From the human T2T-CHM13v2.0 reference genome, Homo sapiens: a DNA stretch of 64,000 bases. Location of the stretch: assembly GCF_009914755.1 (NCBI RefSeq), contig NC_060936.1; one strand, given 5' to 3'. Position numbers and translations under genes: made by a program. A model generated the notes under the pieces. The model worked only from the letters and a program-made list of their open reading frames with translations. It had not been told where the DNA came from and made no database searches. Shown here piece after piece: positions 39,861 to 53,179 of this stretch; position 1 is the stretch's first letter; every line of letters begins with the position of its first letter.

Positions 39861-40793
39861 CTAGTCAGAGCCTGGTATCTCAATATTCTCCATTGAACAA
39901 AAGAAGCATGTGTTTATAGACTTGCCTATGACAGCCCTCCACCCTCTGGCTGGATCTAAAAGGAACATTAGAATGAACAATGGCATAATTAACTTTCTCA
40001 AACCACTAAATCTCAATATGAAATTATAAAAAGTAAATATACTATATTTACTACAAATAAATGTTTTTATTTTATTCATACTTATTTTTCTATTTTAATA
40101 TATATGGTATAATTTTTTAAAAGCACAAAAGAACTCTTCTGAAATTCATGAAGAAAATGGTAGTTTGTTAAAATAGTTATAAATTTGGAAAAAGCTGCCT
40201 TAAAATTTTTAGGGTGATAGATGAATAAAATATGTCTAAGTTAAATATTAACAGGGATTTTATATATGCTTGTTTTGTGAAAGCAGTGCTAGATACATAC
40301 AAATTCTTGGTATTTAGTAATTGATGAAGGCAATATCTAGGTGAGATCCAAGTAAGTACCTGGAATATTGCCTAAAGTCCTCCATTATCGGGGCTAAAAC
40401 ATGCAAATGTTTCATCTCTGGCCATAGAGAAAAGTCAGGAATTGCAGAAATTCTGCTCACCTTTGGTCCTTCTTTTAAAACTGGAAACACAATTCTAGGC
40501 CCATTGTCTAGTGGATGAAAATGCTTTTACCTGCCATGTCCACTGTTGAATATAGATCTTACACGTTTACATAGTTTGTTGGAAATAACATCTATGTCTT
40601 ATCCTGATAATTAGTTTCTAATCTTTTAACCAAAAATAATTGGCACATTTAAAATTATAATCTAATGTGGAAATAATTTTCTTAATGTGGATGCAGATAA
40701 TTTTTTTTCAGAAACATAGTAACTATTTAGAACAAAAAGTCTGATATAGTCAGTTAATCTAAGACACAGGTATTAGTCCTGTTACTCACATTG

Positions 40794-40982
40794 CAGTCTT
40801 TCTTCAACTGTGGTCTACAGAATGCTTAGCTTCTGAGTCATGAGTCTTGTTAAAAATGAAGTCCTAGGCCTTATCCCAAATCCCCTTTTATCAGGATTTC
40901 TGTTGTTAGAGTTCAGAAACTTGCATTTTAACAAGCATCTCTGAAAACAACTTCACTTTATATACAACACAGGGGTTCACTG
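40794..40982. mobile_element. MER5-like hAT-Charlie MITE
   Basis: CTTGTTAAAAATGAAGTCC...GCATTTTAACAAGCATCTC internal palindromic motifs; CAGT...ACTG ends. Confidence 0.7.
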
Positions 40983-41184
40983 TTGTAGAAGAAAATCACT
41001 ATTTGATTTTAAAATACTTAAATTTTCTTACACTATGTGAAATATATTTATAGGAGCCTTTTAGGTTGATGATTATAAAAAAAATTTGGAGAGCAAAGGT
41101 GAAAAGACATAGTTTACTGTGAAGTATAATGAGTCTCTCTAGCAAGTAGCTGAAATATTCTGTTCAACACAATGCTAATTGCAT

Positions 41185-41287
41185 TAGCCTAGAGAACACC
41201 TAAGATCTGACACATTCATTAGGGCTTAGCAGTCAACCTATTAATCACTACTGTGGGGTCACTGAGTAAGATGGAGCATGTTCAGAG
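41185..41287 (+). repeat. Copy 1 of a 103-bp dispersed direct duplication
   Basis: Identical to 42742-42844 over the first 87 bp; 3 mismatches in the last 16 bp. Confidence 0.98.
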
Positions 41288-42360
41288 GCCTGGCCTGTGA
41301 TGTCAGGACTGGAGTCTCTTGTAGTAATTAGTTGGTATCTGGGCTTTGGTAGCAAGGTATTATCTTCCCTTCTGATGTCTGAATTAAAAATGAAACTAAT
41401 GAAAGGTTCGCAGGAAGGATGGAAAAGAATGCAAATTATGTTTATACCTTACTTCATCCTTAGAATAATGGCATCACATTACAGCAATCCATCTGGATGT
41501 CCATATGTTCTCCTGGAGATCTAGCAAATTTTAGCAAATAGGTCAAACAGTGTGGTCACCCCATTAATAAAGCACTAAGTAGAGGTAGAAAACATAATTT
41601 AAACTTTCTACACTGTTTAGAAGGACATAGGGTTTTATTTTGTAAATAGTGATTACATAGGATTATCTTTTAGTGCAATATTTGTTTTTGTATTCTATTG
41701 AATGATAATCTATACATGGTTACCTCTACAGTTACTGGCGACAGATTTGGACTGCCAGTTTCTGTGAGTACTTTATATGACTTTTCTGGTAAAAATCTAT
41801 TCTGACTTGGAAGAATCAGCCATTCTGGAGAGAAGAATTGGCTTTGTCTCCATGGTAACTTATTTTTCTGTTTTATGTGAATAGTGACGGCCAATTGTGC
41901 TAAAGTAAGGGTGATAGTTTTGTGATGAACTACTTTACATGGGGATTGAACATTAGAACACTGAGCTTATTTTACTGGAGGCCGAGAAGCAAAAGGCTTT
42001 AACATAGCAGGTTGGTGGTCATAATATACAATATGTATTTTTCTATTCTCTTAAAATTTTAAATAAGCTCAATATATTATTCTACATTGTGCCCTAATAT
42101 TTTGCAGAATGAGGGAGGCTATTAAAATAATTCATGCTGTGCAATATCTTAGCAGCAATAAAAAAAGAAAGTCATTCCATTCCTGTGTTTGAGATAGGTA
42201 GAGCTTTCATCTTAGATTTATAAAAAGCAAAAAGTACCAGGTACACTTTGACAGCCCTGTGCAAGTAGGCTGTGGACTTTTTATATCTATGCCATGTTAG
42301 ACTCTTTTTTTCATCTGTAGGCATAAATATTACTAAAGCTTTCTATGAAATATGGTACAG

Positions 42361-42545
42361 TGTGGCAGAAACTATTATGCTCACCGTGCATCCATGCACT
42401 CCTCTATATTTCCCAGCTTTCCTCCCCTTAGGCTGAGGCCAAGTGACTAGTTCTGACCAATTAAATATAAGCGGAAGGACATCTGTCCCTCTGGACACCT
42501 CCTGGACAAGGTGGTTTGATCTGGCATGCATCTTCCCTTTCTCTA
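42361..42545 (+). mobile_element. LTR16-like (ERVL) fragment
   Basis: TGTGGCAGAAACT...CTATATTTCCCAGC...GTGACTAGTTCTGACCAAT...GCGGAAG. Confidence 0.6.
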
Positions 42546-42741
42546 CAGTTATATAGACTATACTGATCATTACAAACATGAGGGCTTGGTTTATTGTGTA
42601 ACAACAATATAAGTTATATAAATTATTACATGGGATGAGAACACACTATGAGATAGCCTTAGTCAATTTAGCTTATATTATATCATGAAATGTACAAGTG
42701 CTACTCTATCAGATCTCTGTTAGAGAAGAGGTATCCTTTGG

Positions 42742-42844
42742 TAGCCTAGAGAACACCTAAGATCTGACACATTCATTAGGGCTTAGCAGTCAACCTATTA
42801 ATCACTACTGTGGGGTCACTGAGTAAGACAGAGCGTGTTCAGAG
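42742..42844 (+). repeat. Copy 2 of the 103-bp dispersed direct duplication
   Basis: Matches copy 1; its right end overlaps a local 11-bp repeat AGAGCGTGTTC/AGAGCATGTTC. Confidence 0.98.
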
Positions 42845-44033
42845 CATGTTCATTTTTCTCAAATGAAAAAGAAGTTGTGAGTGGATATTATCATTGCCAG
42901 TCTTCATGGAATAAAAGTGAGAGGCAAGGACTTCAAAACACAAAGTAGGAATGGAATCATGGCCCTGGAGCTTTCTATGATGAAATCTGTGTGTCTCTTC
43001 CAAAACAGGGATGAAAGGGGACAGAGGTCAACAACAGATTGGAAGTGTGCTTAGAGCCTTTGAAATTATTCCAGGACACACTTTCCCTACAGAGGGCTGA
43101 TAATCTAGTACAAATAATATCAGATAGTTACTAAATGTTATTTTCAACAGAAATTCTAAGAACCTTTATTGAAATCTTTTCTGACTGATATATGTGCCTC
43201 AGACAGTGAACCTTTCACTTACTGATGTATAAAAAGAACCTATTTATTAATTTATGACCTGACAAGAATAAGACTATCTTTCCTGATTTTTGGCTTAAAA
43301 ATTTTCAAAAATATGTTATTATATCATTACTCACTTTATGCAGATGTGTTTTTGTTGTAAATGACAGAAACCTGATACAGATACCCTAAAGCCTAAAGAG
43401 AAATGTTCATGTATACAAATCAGAGGAGAAGCAGAGACACCAATGTCTTCCAGCTCAACTAGCACCAGTAATTCTGTTTGTCCAGCATGTTACACTCTCT
43501 CTTCTCTCTTCTGTTTCTTCCAGAGGGCAGCTTTGTTTATTTATGTTGATATTCTTCCCCTGGCACAAGGAAGATGTCTACCAACACTTCAGCCTCATAT
43601 TTCAGCTCAAATTTGACACTAGGAAGACTGCCACTATTCCCTAAGTTATACTTTGACAAATTCTAAGGAAGATTGCTAGGACATGGCCTACTTTGCATTT
43701 GCCCTGCAGGCAGTGGGTGAATGAGGGACTAACATTGGCAGCCTGAGCGGAACTATGTATCTGAGATAGGAAACGAGCAGTTCCGTAATGGAAGGGCACT
43801 ACTGTTCCCAGAAGAAGGAAGGATTCTGAAGAGACAAAGTATTAACAATAAGCACTTACTACTTTAGTCTTTTTAAAGAGATTAATATGTTATGTTTCAA
43901 GAATAAAAATGTGTTGGGTTTTACTAGTCACTCATGGGGAATTTTGCATGTAGATACTTTATAGCTAGCTAGCAAGCTGCATAGATAGGTTACATGTCAA
44001 AATGCATATATCATATTTGGAAACTATTGCCTA

Positions 44034-44080
44034 ATGAAATATAATGCTTAGTAGCCATGAAATATAATGCTTAGTAGCCA
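44034..44080. repeat. Perfect 2 x 23-bp tandem duplication
   Basis: ATGAAATATAATGCTTAGTAGCC twice. Confidence 0.98.
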
Positions 44081-44110
44081 CCCAGAGGACTCAATTGCAT
44101 TTTGTTAAAA

Positions 44111-44382
44111 TTTGAAACAGGGTCACTCTGTTGCCCAAGCTGAGTGTAGTGGTGTGATCATGGCTCACTACAGCCTTGACTTCCTGGGCTCAAGCAATTC
44201 TCCTGCCTCAGCCTCCTGAATATTCTGGGACTACAGAGGTGCACCACCATGCCCAGCTAATTTCTGGTTTTTTGTACAGACGAGGTTTTACTAGTCTCAA
44301 ACATCTGGACTCAAGCCATACTCCCACCTTGGCTTCCAAAAGGGCTGGACTTACAGATGTGAGCCACCACACCCACCCAGCC
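44111..44382 (-). mobile_element. AluJ
   Basis: Antisense Alu with the J diagnostic CCTGGGCTCAAGC; flanking AATTGCAT is TSD-like. Confidence 0.93.
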
Positions 44383-44484
44383 CTAATTGCATCTTATGTG
44401 AGTTGGTGCCTAGAGTGGAACATAGATATGGAAGGTACTGGGATCTCAAAATGGATTATTAATTATGTAATTGTGCAATGAGAA

Positions 44485-44620
44485 GCAGAAGAGCATTATA
44501 GTTGGAGAGTGAGCTCCAAAATATTAATAGCAGATATGAAATTGAGACTTTGCTACTTGGTCATTCAGCCTATTTGCCATTTTACCTTGGACACAGTTTC
44601 CTTATCTGTAAAAATCACAC
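44485..44620 (+). mobile_element. MIR SINE remnant
   Basis: TTTACCTTGGACACAGTTTCCTTATCTGTAAAA core. Confidence 0.6.
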
Positions 44621-45566
44621 AAGAATATATACATTTATGAGTGCATATGTGAGTGTGTGTGTATGTATAATGTACACTCTCCTGCTCAGAGTCATTATTA
44701 GTAATAAACACCAAATACGATACTTAGGAAATTGTAGTTTTTGATTCACTGCAGTTGTTGCTGCTGTTGTTCTTGATATTCTCCATTATGCAGTGAAACT
44801 GCAGATAAGGAACAAAGAAGATAGTAAGTCTGACTCAAGCAATCTGTGCCAATAACATTTAAAAACGACTGGAAATGCAAGAAATAAATAGGGTCAATAA
44901 TCATTTCTAAAAGAAATCTATGCCCTTTACCCATATTTTCCGTGGCATTTCTCTTGTGCCTCCTATGATTTGAATAGTGGACAAGACATTGGTCATTCTT
45001 TTTGGGCCATCCTATATTGAAAAATCCTTCTATGTTTAGGGAATTCCCAACATCACCATTTTCTGACTCCCCAAGGGAAAAGACAGAAATATACTTTCTC
45101 AGAGTTTATTACACTTAAGGGCACAGGCATGTGACCCAGTCTCCGTCAACCCGGTGTAGAAAGGCCCGTTTTCATTCAGAAACTACTGATGTGTAGAAGC
45201 AGATTCCTCAAGAAAAACATTCAGATGAGGTGGTTATAGGTAATTAATAATCCATTCACGCAAAACTAGTGTCAGTGTTTAGGGTCAATGGGACTTGCAG
45301 TGTAAACTATGTGGTCATTGGTGGCAGCTGTGATGTCCCCACTGGAGCAATCAGTTTTGTCATGTGATTTGGTCAGCATCATAGCTTGGTTTTTTTAATC
45401 CCCCCTCATATTCTCTGACATTCTTTCATGTCCTTATTGAATGCCTTCTTCTTTAACTAGGATATATGATAGATACATGTGGTTAAGTTCCCCAAAGGTC
45501 CTAGTGAGGTCTAGCATGAAATGCTCTCGTGAACTAACTGGTTATTCTGAAAACTTTCTATGGATG

Positions 45567-45894
45567 TTTTCTTTTCTTTTCTTTTCTTTTTTTTTCTTTT
45601 CTTTTCTTTTTTGAGATGTAGTCTCGCTCTGTTGCCCAGGTTGGAGTGCACTGGCACAGTATCGGCTCACTTCAACCTCTGCCTCCAGAGTTCAAGTAAT
45701 TCTCCCTCCTCAGCCTCTTGAGTAGCTGGGATTACAGGCACCCACGACCACACCCAGCTAATTTTTGTATTTTTGATAGAGACAGGGTTTCACCATGTTG
45801 GCCAGTCTGGTCTCAAGCTCCCAACCTCAGGTGTTCCACCCATCTAGGCCTCCCAAAGTGCTGAGATTACAGGCATGAGCCACCGCACCCAGCT
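45567..45894 (-). mobile_element. AluS with (CTTTT)n tail
   Basis: Full antisense dimer. Confidence 0.97.
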
Positions 45895-46389
45895 GAATGT
45901 TTCCTTTAAAAGAAGGACCTTTCCTACTCTTTCCCAGCTCTTCCTCAACAACATATTAGGATTGAAGAATTTACCGCAGTTCTTTTTAATTAACTATTTT
46001 AAAGGGCTCTGTAAAAATTGAAATTAATTTTTATATTTTCATATGCTGTGGGTGACTTAAGTTTGATGGATTATGTCACAAAATGCAAAGTAAATACACA
46101 TTGAATATTTTTTCATTATAATAGTAGTGACTTTGGCAGAGTAAATGCATTGTTCCAAAGGGATTTTTAAATGGTTAATCTAGATGGCTCTCCTTGAGTT
46201 AGAATTTGCTCAGCTGGCTGGAAGTATATGCTTCAGGAGTGTGGTTCATAGATTTGACCCTAAGGGGACGCCCTGGCAATGGCAGACACTAGCCTTGCAC
46301 AATCATTGCCTGAGGATTCATTTGTAGTCACCAGAGGTAGGGATGTCCAGGTAATCCAGCATCACAATTAAGAAGAAAACTATACATAA

Positions 46390-46800
46390 TTTCACTCATT
46401 CATTTATTCCATAGATACACACTGAGCATCTTAAATGTGCAAAACACTGGTGTGGCATTGGAAAAACCACAGCGAGCCAACAGACACAGGCTATGCTTTC
46501 AGAATATTAAATAGCCATTTACACTTTTCCTTATTTCATTACAGTTATGATAAATGTTAGTAAAGAGGCACAGTGGGTGCCATGCAACAGCAGAAAATGG
46601 AAATCGATCTTATAATTGAGTGATCAGGCAATATTTCTTGGAGCTGAATTTGAAGGATAAGGAGGCAGCGTTAGTCAAGGGAGAGGAAGTGTTTGAGGCA
46701 GAGGAAACAGTATTTGTGAAAGCCGTGGAAGAGTCATGGAGAGTTCTAGTAGCCCAGAGGAGGTGAATGTGATTGATCTATGGTGAAAAGATGGAGAAAG
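46390..46800 (-). mobile_element. L2 3' region (antisense)
   Basis: TTCACTCATTCATTTATTCC...ACTGAGCATC...GAGCTGAATTTGAAGGATAAG...GGCAGAGGAAACAG. Confidence 0.75.
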
Positions 46801-46902
46801 TTGTGTTTGACAGTCTAAAACCTACTGGAAATGATCCTGGGCCACATATTGTATCCATATAAACAAAAGAGAAGAGGATCAGAGGATAGGCATCTATGCT
46901 AC

Positions 46903-47616
<714 letters not shown>

Positions 47617-47700
47617 GGTACTAGGATCATAACTCTGAGTACTCTCCTCCCTTTTAATCAATTTTAAGAGCAAATGCATAATCCAGAATGTGTTAAAATA

Positions 47701-48362
47701 CAGGTGGTTGTCATTATTTGTGGTAGTTATGCTCTATAAAGTTGCCACAAACACTGAATGAAAAAATACCAAATTGCTGCTTCTAGGGGAGATTTAGGGT
47801 TACAGGCCCCTGAACCTCTGATCATAAAATTTTAATTCACCAAGCAATCCATGACTTTGTTTTCTATGTGTTTCCATTTAAAGACATTGTATTCAATATA
47901 TTTCACTGACTGACATTGAATTTTGGCCAAAGGTGCTATAATTTATTCCTGAATTAAGCTTATTAAACACATACCTTTCCTCCATAAGTCATATCACAGC
48001 CGTCTTGTGCCTAGGAACACCAAACAGCACTTCAGCATTATGCTTTGAGGCCATTTTAAACAGAAGAATTACCAACTAAAAGCACAAAAATGCAGAAAAT
48101 GTGGTATTATATAGACCCTGAAAAGGACAGTTGTTTACACTCTGGGAGCTGGACCAAGAAAGCAGTTCATCATCTTGTTTGACCTCCGCTGGGAAGGTGA
48201 GGGCACACAATGCATGTCAGGTGATCCAAATTTTTCACCACTCTGCACATAGCCACCAGTGACTGCAAAAGAACTGAGAGTATTGATTTTAAGGTTACAA
48301 ATCAATTTTAGTAAGTAGATAAATATGTAAATATAGAATCTGCAAATAATGAAGGTTGAATA
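47701..48362 (-). mobile_element. MER82 (TcMar-Tigger), opposite orientation to the 32271 copy
   Basis: Its reverse complement aligns to the 32271-32900 copy (e.g. CTGTTTAAAATGGCCTCAAAGCATAATGCTGAAGTGCTG vs CTGTTTAAAATGGTCCTAAGAGTAATGCTGAAGTGCTT). TA-flanked. Confidence 0.88.
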
Positions 48363-49107
48363 TACCTATTCCCTTTCTCTGGTGAAATTACCGCATTTCT
48401 TATACTTTATAAAGGTGTTTGTAATTACCCAATGTTTTTATTACAGTTTGTTTATCTGTTGTTTATAAGAATTGGATAAGCCTGCACAACCACAAAGCTA
48501 ATTTACATTAGCGTTTTTGTAGGTAGGCATTGGTTATCATCCTGGAGTTTACTGAAGTTCTTTTTAAAGGAACACAACTTTCTTAAGCTATAAAAGCAAT
48601 AATAATTACACTTAGAATAGTACTAATCACTAGAAGGGTGTTAAGTGTAAAGCTTTGGAAAGCTTCTGTGGAAGCTTTGATGGATTTTTGAAAACTGATG
48701 AACAACTGAAGATCCACAGCCTTGAATTATTCTGATTAGAATGTGCTGTGCATGACTGTAGCATTCTGTTGGGTGGTGGTTTCCTGCTTTGGCCTTGCAT
48801 CTCATGCAGTCAATGATTGGATTAGCGGCAGCCTGTGGAAGCAACCTGTATATATTCTCAGCACCCCAGGAAATGAGTGTGCATTCTTGGAAGGCTGAAA
48901 TGGAATAAAACCGTTAAATAGAACTCCGATCTACGTCAGATTCATCTCTTCTTCTTATATGATGAGTAAAGAGCATCTGTAAATAGGACTATGAGAGAAA
49001 TCTGGGTAGTGAACAAAGGGGAGCAAAAGGAGAAATATGATGTGTGTGCAGGCGATTTGGAATTTCTTTTAAATTTTCCAATCTTCTCCCAGATAATCCT
49101 GAGTTCA

Positions 49108-49451
<344 letters not shown>

Positions 49452-50974
49452 GAATTATCTATAAATCAAAAGCATTTAAAGTATCTTTTTGGTTCTATTA
49501 GGAAAAAATCGTATAGTAAGTTCAAAACATTTAGGCTTTTATCTCAGCTGGTGTAAGCGGCTGTGATATTGGTGCAAAGATGAAATGATAGGTGTTTTGG
49601 CAACGGCAGCTGTAAAATCTACGTAGCAAACAACAGATGGTTGCTTATTTGACTTTTGGGCAAGAACTGGGATATAGAAATTGCTGTTGAAATAGGTCTT
49701 TCTCAATGTTTCAGATTTCTATCATCTTCCAAAGAGTGAGCATGGATCTAGAGACTGAGAAAATTTTTAAAGCTTCCCTTTGTATTCTTAGTCTCTTGTT
49801 ATGTGGGACAAATTTTCCCCACTTCCATCAGAAATATGCAAAGGGTTGAATTTTAATAACCTTAGTTACAGTGTTCTTGAATACACAGAGGTTGTCATTA
49901 ACTTTCCAAATGCCTCTTGGGCGCCAGGAGTATTTCATGATTAGTTTAAAATGTATGTAAAATATCTACACAGAGTTAGTTTGGCACTTGCAGATAAAGA
50001 AAAACAAGTTTAATCAGATGACCCTGATAAAATGAACTGTAAGTCCTTCTCATGAACACTGCTTCTCACGAGAAATATTAAGTACCTCTGTTGTGGCAAA
50101 AATATTACTTAATGGTATTCCTTAAATCGAACATGATATGTTTTAGAAGCTAGATACAACTTTTCAAAGGCAACATAACCTCTGCCCCTTAGAGTTGGCT
50201 CCCAAATTAGATCAAACACAACTGAACTAGAAACCTGAGGCAATTCATGCATGCTTCTGAAACTGTTTCCCTAACAAAATAGTCTCACCTCTGTGCCCTA
50301 TAAACACTCCAAAATACAAATGTGGGAGAAAAAAAGGAAAGGTTTTTATTCACTTCATATTTTAAGTTTATATTTGTAATCTCTTGTTTATTTGAGTGAT
50401 TTTATTCTCTTTGGCTTATTAAATGAAACAGCAGTGAATGTTGAACAATTGTATTTAGATTTTTTTTCTACCTATTTGTGAAGAAACAAAATTGGACACA
50501 GAAATGCCTTTTGAAAGATATATTTTCTGCAGACATTCATGCTCCCTTAGGAGGGGCAGTAATAGTGTCAGAAAAATACATCTCACAAAGTATCTAAATT
50601 TCTGTTTGGTTCCAGACAGTTCTCTTTTTATTGCTTTAGCTAAGTCATAAATATTTATTAACCATAGAATAAATTTAATAAGGTCAAAATTAAATTAGCT
50701 ATATATACAAGTACTAGTTATAGCTTCAATGGTACTTATGTAATATTCCAAATATAACTCTTTATTTGTTGTGGTGATTTTTTTCTAAGAGGTCTTCCTT
50801 TTTCCACTGGCAATCTTGTTTATTTATTCCTTTGGAGTGCTTAATCATTGATTTTAAGTAAAGAGCCTGCATACAATCTTGTTTCAAAGCATACCAAAAG
50901 CTTTCAGAGATGAATAACTCATCGTTTTTACTAAATATCTAAACAATTTTTTGCCTTTTTTGTTTCTAAGAGGC

Positions 50975-51115
50975 ATTGACATAGTGGAATAGTGGTAGGG
51001 CATGGAGGATTTGGCTGTGTTCAGATTCCAGTGCTGCTTCCTACTAATTGGAATTTTGGGAAGATACTCGATACCTCTCTGCTTCAATTCCTTATGTATA
51101 AAATGCCCATGGTTT
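50975..51115 (+). mobile_element. MIR SINE remnant
   Basis: TTGGGAAGATACTCGATACCTCTCTGCTTCAATTCCTTATGTATAAAATG core. Confidence 0.65.
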
Positions 51116-52248
51116 ATTTGTATGAACTAATATTTCTGAACTCTACTGATTAGCTCATATCTCATAATTAAATACAATAAGAAAGAATAACGTGGCTATC
51201 TGGGTGAAGATGTCTTACCTTCTCAACATGTTTATGTTAAGGTTATGTTATAACATTGAGCTTATTTAAGCTGTTTTGAAAATTCAAAATTATCCAAAGA
51301 TGTGGACAGCTTCTGCAGCATGGGAACTAGGGAAAATGGATAAGAAGGAAATAAGTATCACATGATAATGCCTGCTTTGCCTTATATTTCAACCTAAAAG
51401 AATTGTAGACATAAGGAGAAAAAGTGATTCATCTTTCTGTTACTCTGGCCATCTTTAGCCTATGGTACTTCTAGACACTATCTAGATTAGATGTTTTAAC
51501 ATTTAGTCCAGGCTTTATGTTCTATCATCTAGGACCCGATTCCCCCACTTCTTTTGTCTTTTTCAATGCACTAGAGTAAGAAAACTTGTCACATGTGAGA
51601 ATGTATAAATTGTAAAATCCATTTTAATTACAGAGGTCATTGTGCTTTCCCTTTGCTGTGAATAGCTGTGTATTGTGTTCAAACAGACTATAACACAATA
51701 GGTGCACAAAATGAGCACCATTCTTCATAACATGGCATCCAGAGAAAATTAAAAACAGAGAAGCTAAAATCATCAAAAGCACATATTTGTGAATTCATGT
51801 TTGTTTTTGAAACAGACAATACCTGTTCTAGTAAGAAAGACAAATCAGATTTTATCTTTACAAGGTAAAAATATCAAGTCTAAGAAGAGATATAATAAAA
51901 CAATATGAAATCCTGAAGAGTATGCATTATATGAAGAGATGTGTTAATTAAATTCCACAATATTGGAATTGCAGTGGGAAATAAGACAGAAAAATGGGGC
52001 CCAAGAGAAGCTTGAAAAAGATCTATTTTATAACATAAGGGAAAAATATACAAAATGTGTGATCCCAAAAAAATGAGTTAAACCAAATTTTATAACAGTT
52101 TGTAATAAATAAACTTTAGATAAATTCATTAGTGATAGCTGTAGGTTTAAAGGGAAACAAAAGTATTAAATATATATTTTATATCAATCTGCACTTATTG
52201 AGGATTGCTGTATTTTGAATTTACTAAGAATAAACATGTTAATCTTCT

Positions 52249-52518
52249 TTTTTTCTTGGCAGCATCATAAGCCTTTTATTTTTGTGATCTGATTTCAAAT
52301 ATTCATTGAGAGATTTTTTACCCCATCCCCACCTCCACCCTCCAAAAACAGAGAACTGGTTGCAAATTGGAGCAAATGCTGCCCTAGATTTGCACTTTCC
52401 AGGATTCTTCACAGCATGAATAAAAGCTCCATGGCCTCCCACGGAGTGGCCCAAAATAGACAATTTTCCGTTGTCCACTGGAAAGTTGGCATTTATCAGT
52501 GGTGGAACCTTAGCTATT
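52249..52518 (-). pseudogene. ESD: Processed pseudogene fragment of esterase D / S-formylglutathione hydrolase (about residues 127-205)
   Basis: Translation [48 protein letters not shown]...WGKK...YL matches ESD [48 protein letters not shown]...WGKK as I recall it (about 36/50 identical). After a frameshift it continues AAGGCTTATGATGCT (KAYDA). 19-bp TSD at 52230-52248 / 52519-52537. Confidence 0.93.
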
Positions 52519-53179
52519 ATAAACATGCTAATCTTCTAAGTAAATATTGGAAACAGGATGCATACCTGGGTCTACCTGACTTTGAATCTCATGTTTTTGT
52601 AAACTTTTCTGGAATAGGAATGCCTCATGACTATACCTTTCTTTTCTAATTCTTCAGGTTGGTATCATATGCAATAGCTGTATATTCCATCAGTTGATTG
52701 ACGTGTTATTATGGGATCGCTGTCTAAAGAACACAATTGGAAAGATAATAAATTTGTTCCAGTTTGGAATCTTCCTAAGTTATTGTTAATTGTTACTTAT
52801 GTATTTATAGTTGACTAAAATTTATTAGGTCTTTTTCTTTTTTTAAGCACCCTTTCATAAATTTGGTCTATGTTTTCTTGAAATAGGTTTTTAGTCTTGT
52901 GAGACCATAATTAGTACCCATAACAACAGAAATGTATATCTTTTTGTCATTGAAAAGGACCAGTCATAGTAGGGTAAACTTCTTGTATCACTAAAATGAA
53001 ATAGTGAACAAAAGCATATATTTGATGTCAGACCAAGGAATGTCCTGTTTCCGGTATCTCCTTAAGTGTGTTATCCATCCCTTCTAAATTTTAGTGATTT
53101 TTCTACAATATAGGGGAAAATTATATATCCAATCCAGACACTTTGTCATAATTGAGAAAAGGGAATGAATTAAGCAATA

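Noticed and set aside
41185-42844. The 103-bp direct repeats read as LTRs of a small retroelement or as a CRISPR-like array
   Set aside because: No TG...CA ends, PBS, PPT or TSD; only two copies; eukaryotic intron context.
48800-48945. ATTGG box, TATATAT and TACGTCA as a possible intronic promoter
   Set aside because: Short motifs expected by chance; no CpG island and no convincing downstream donor.
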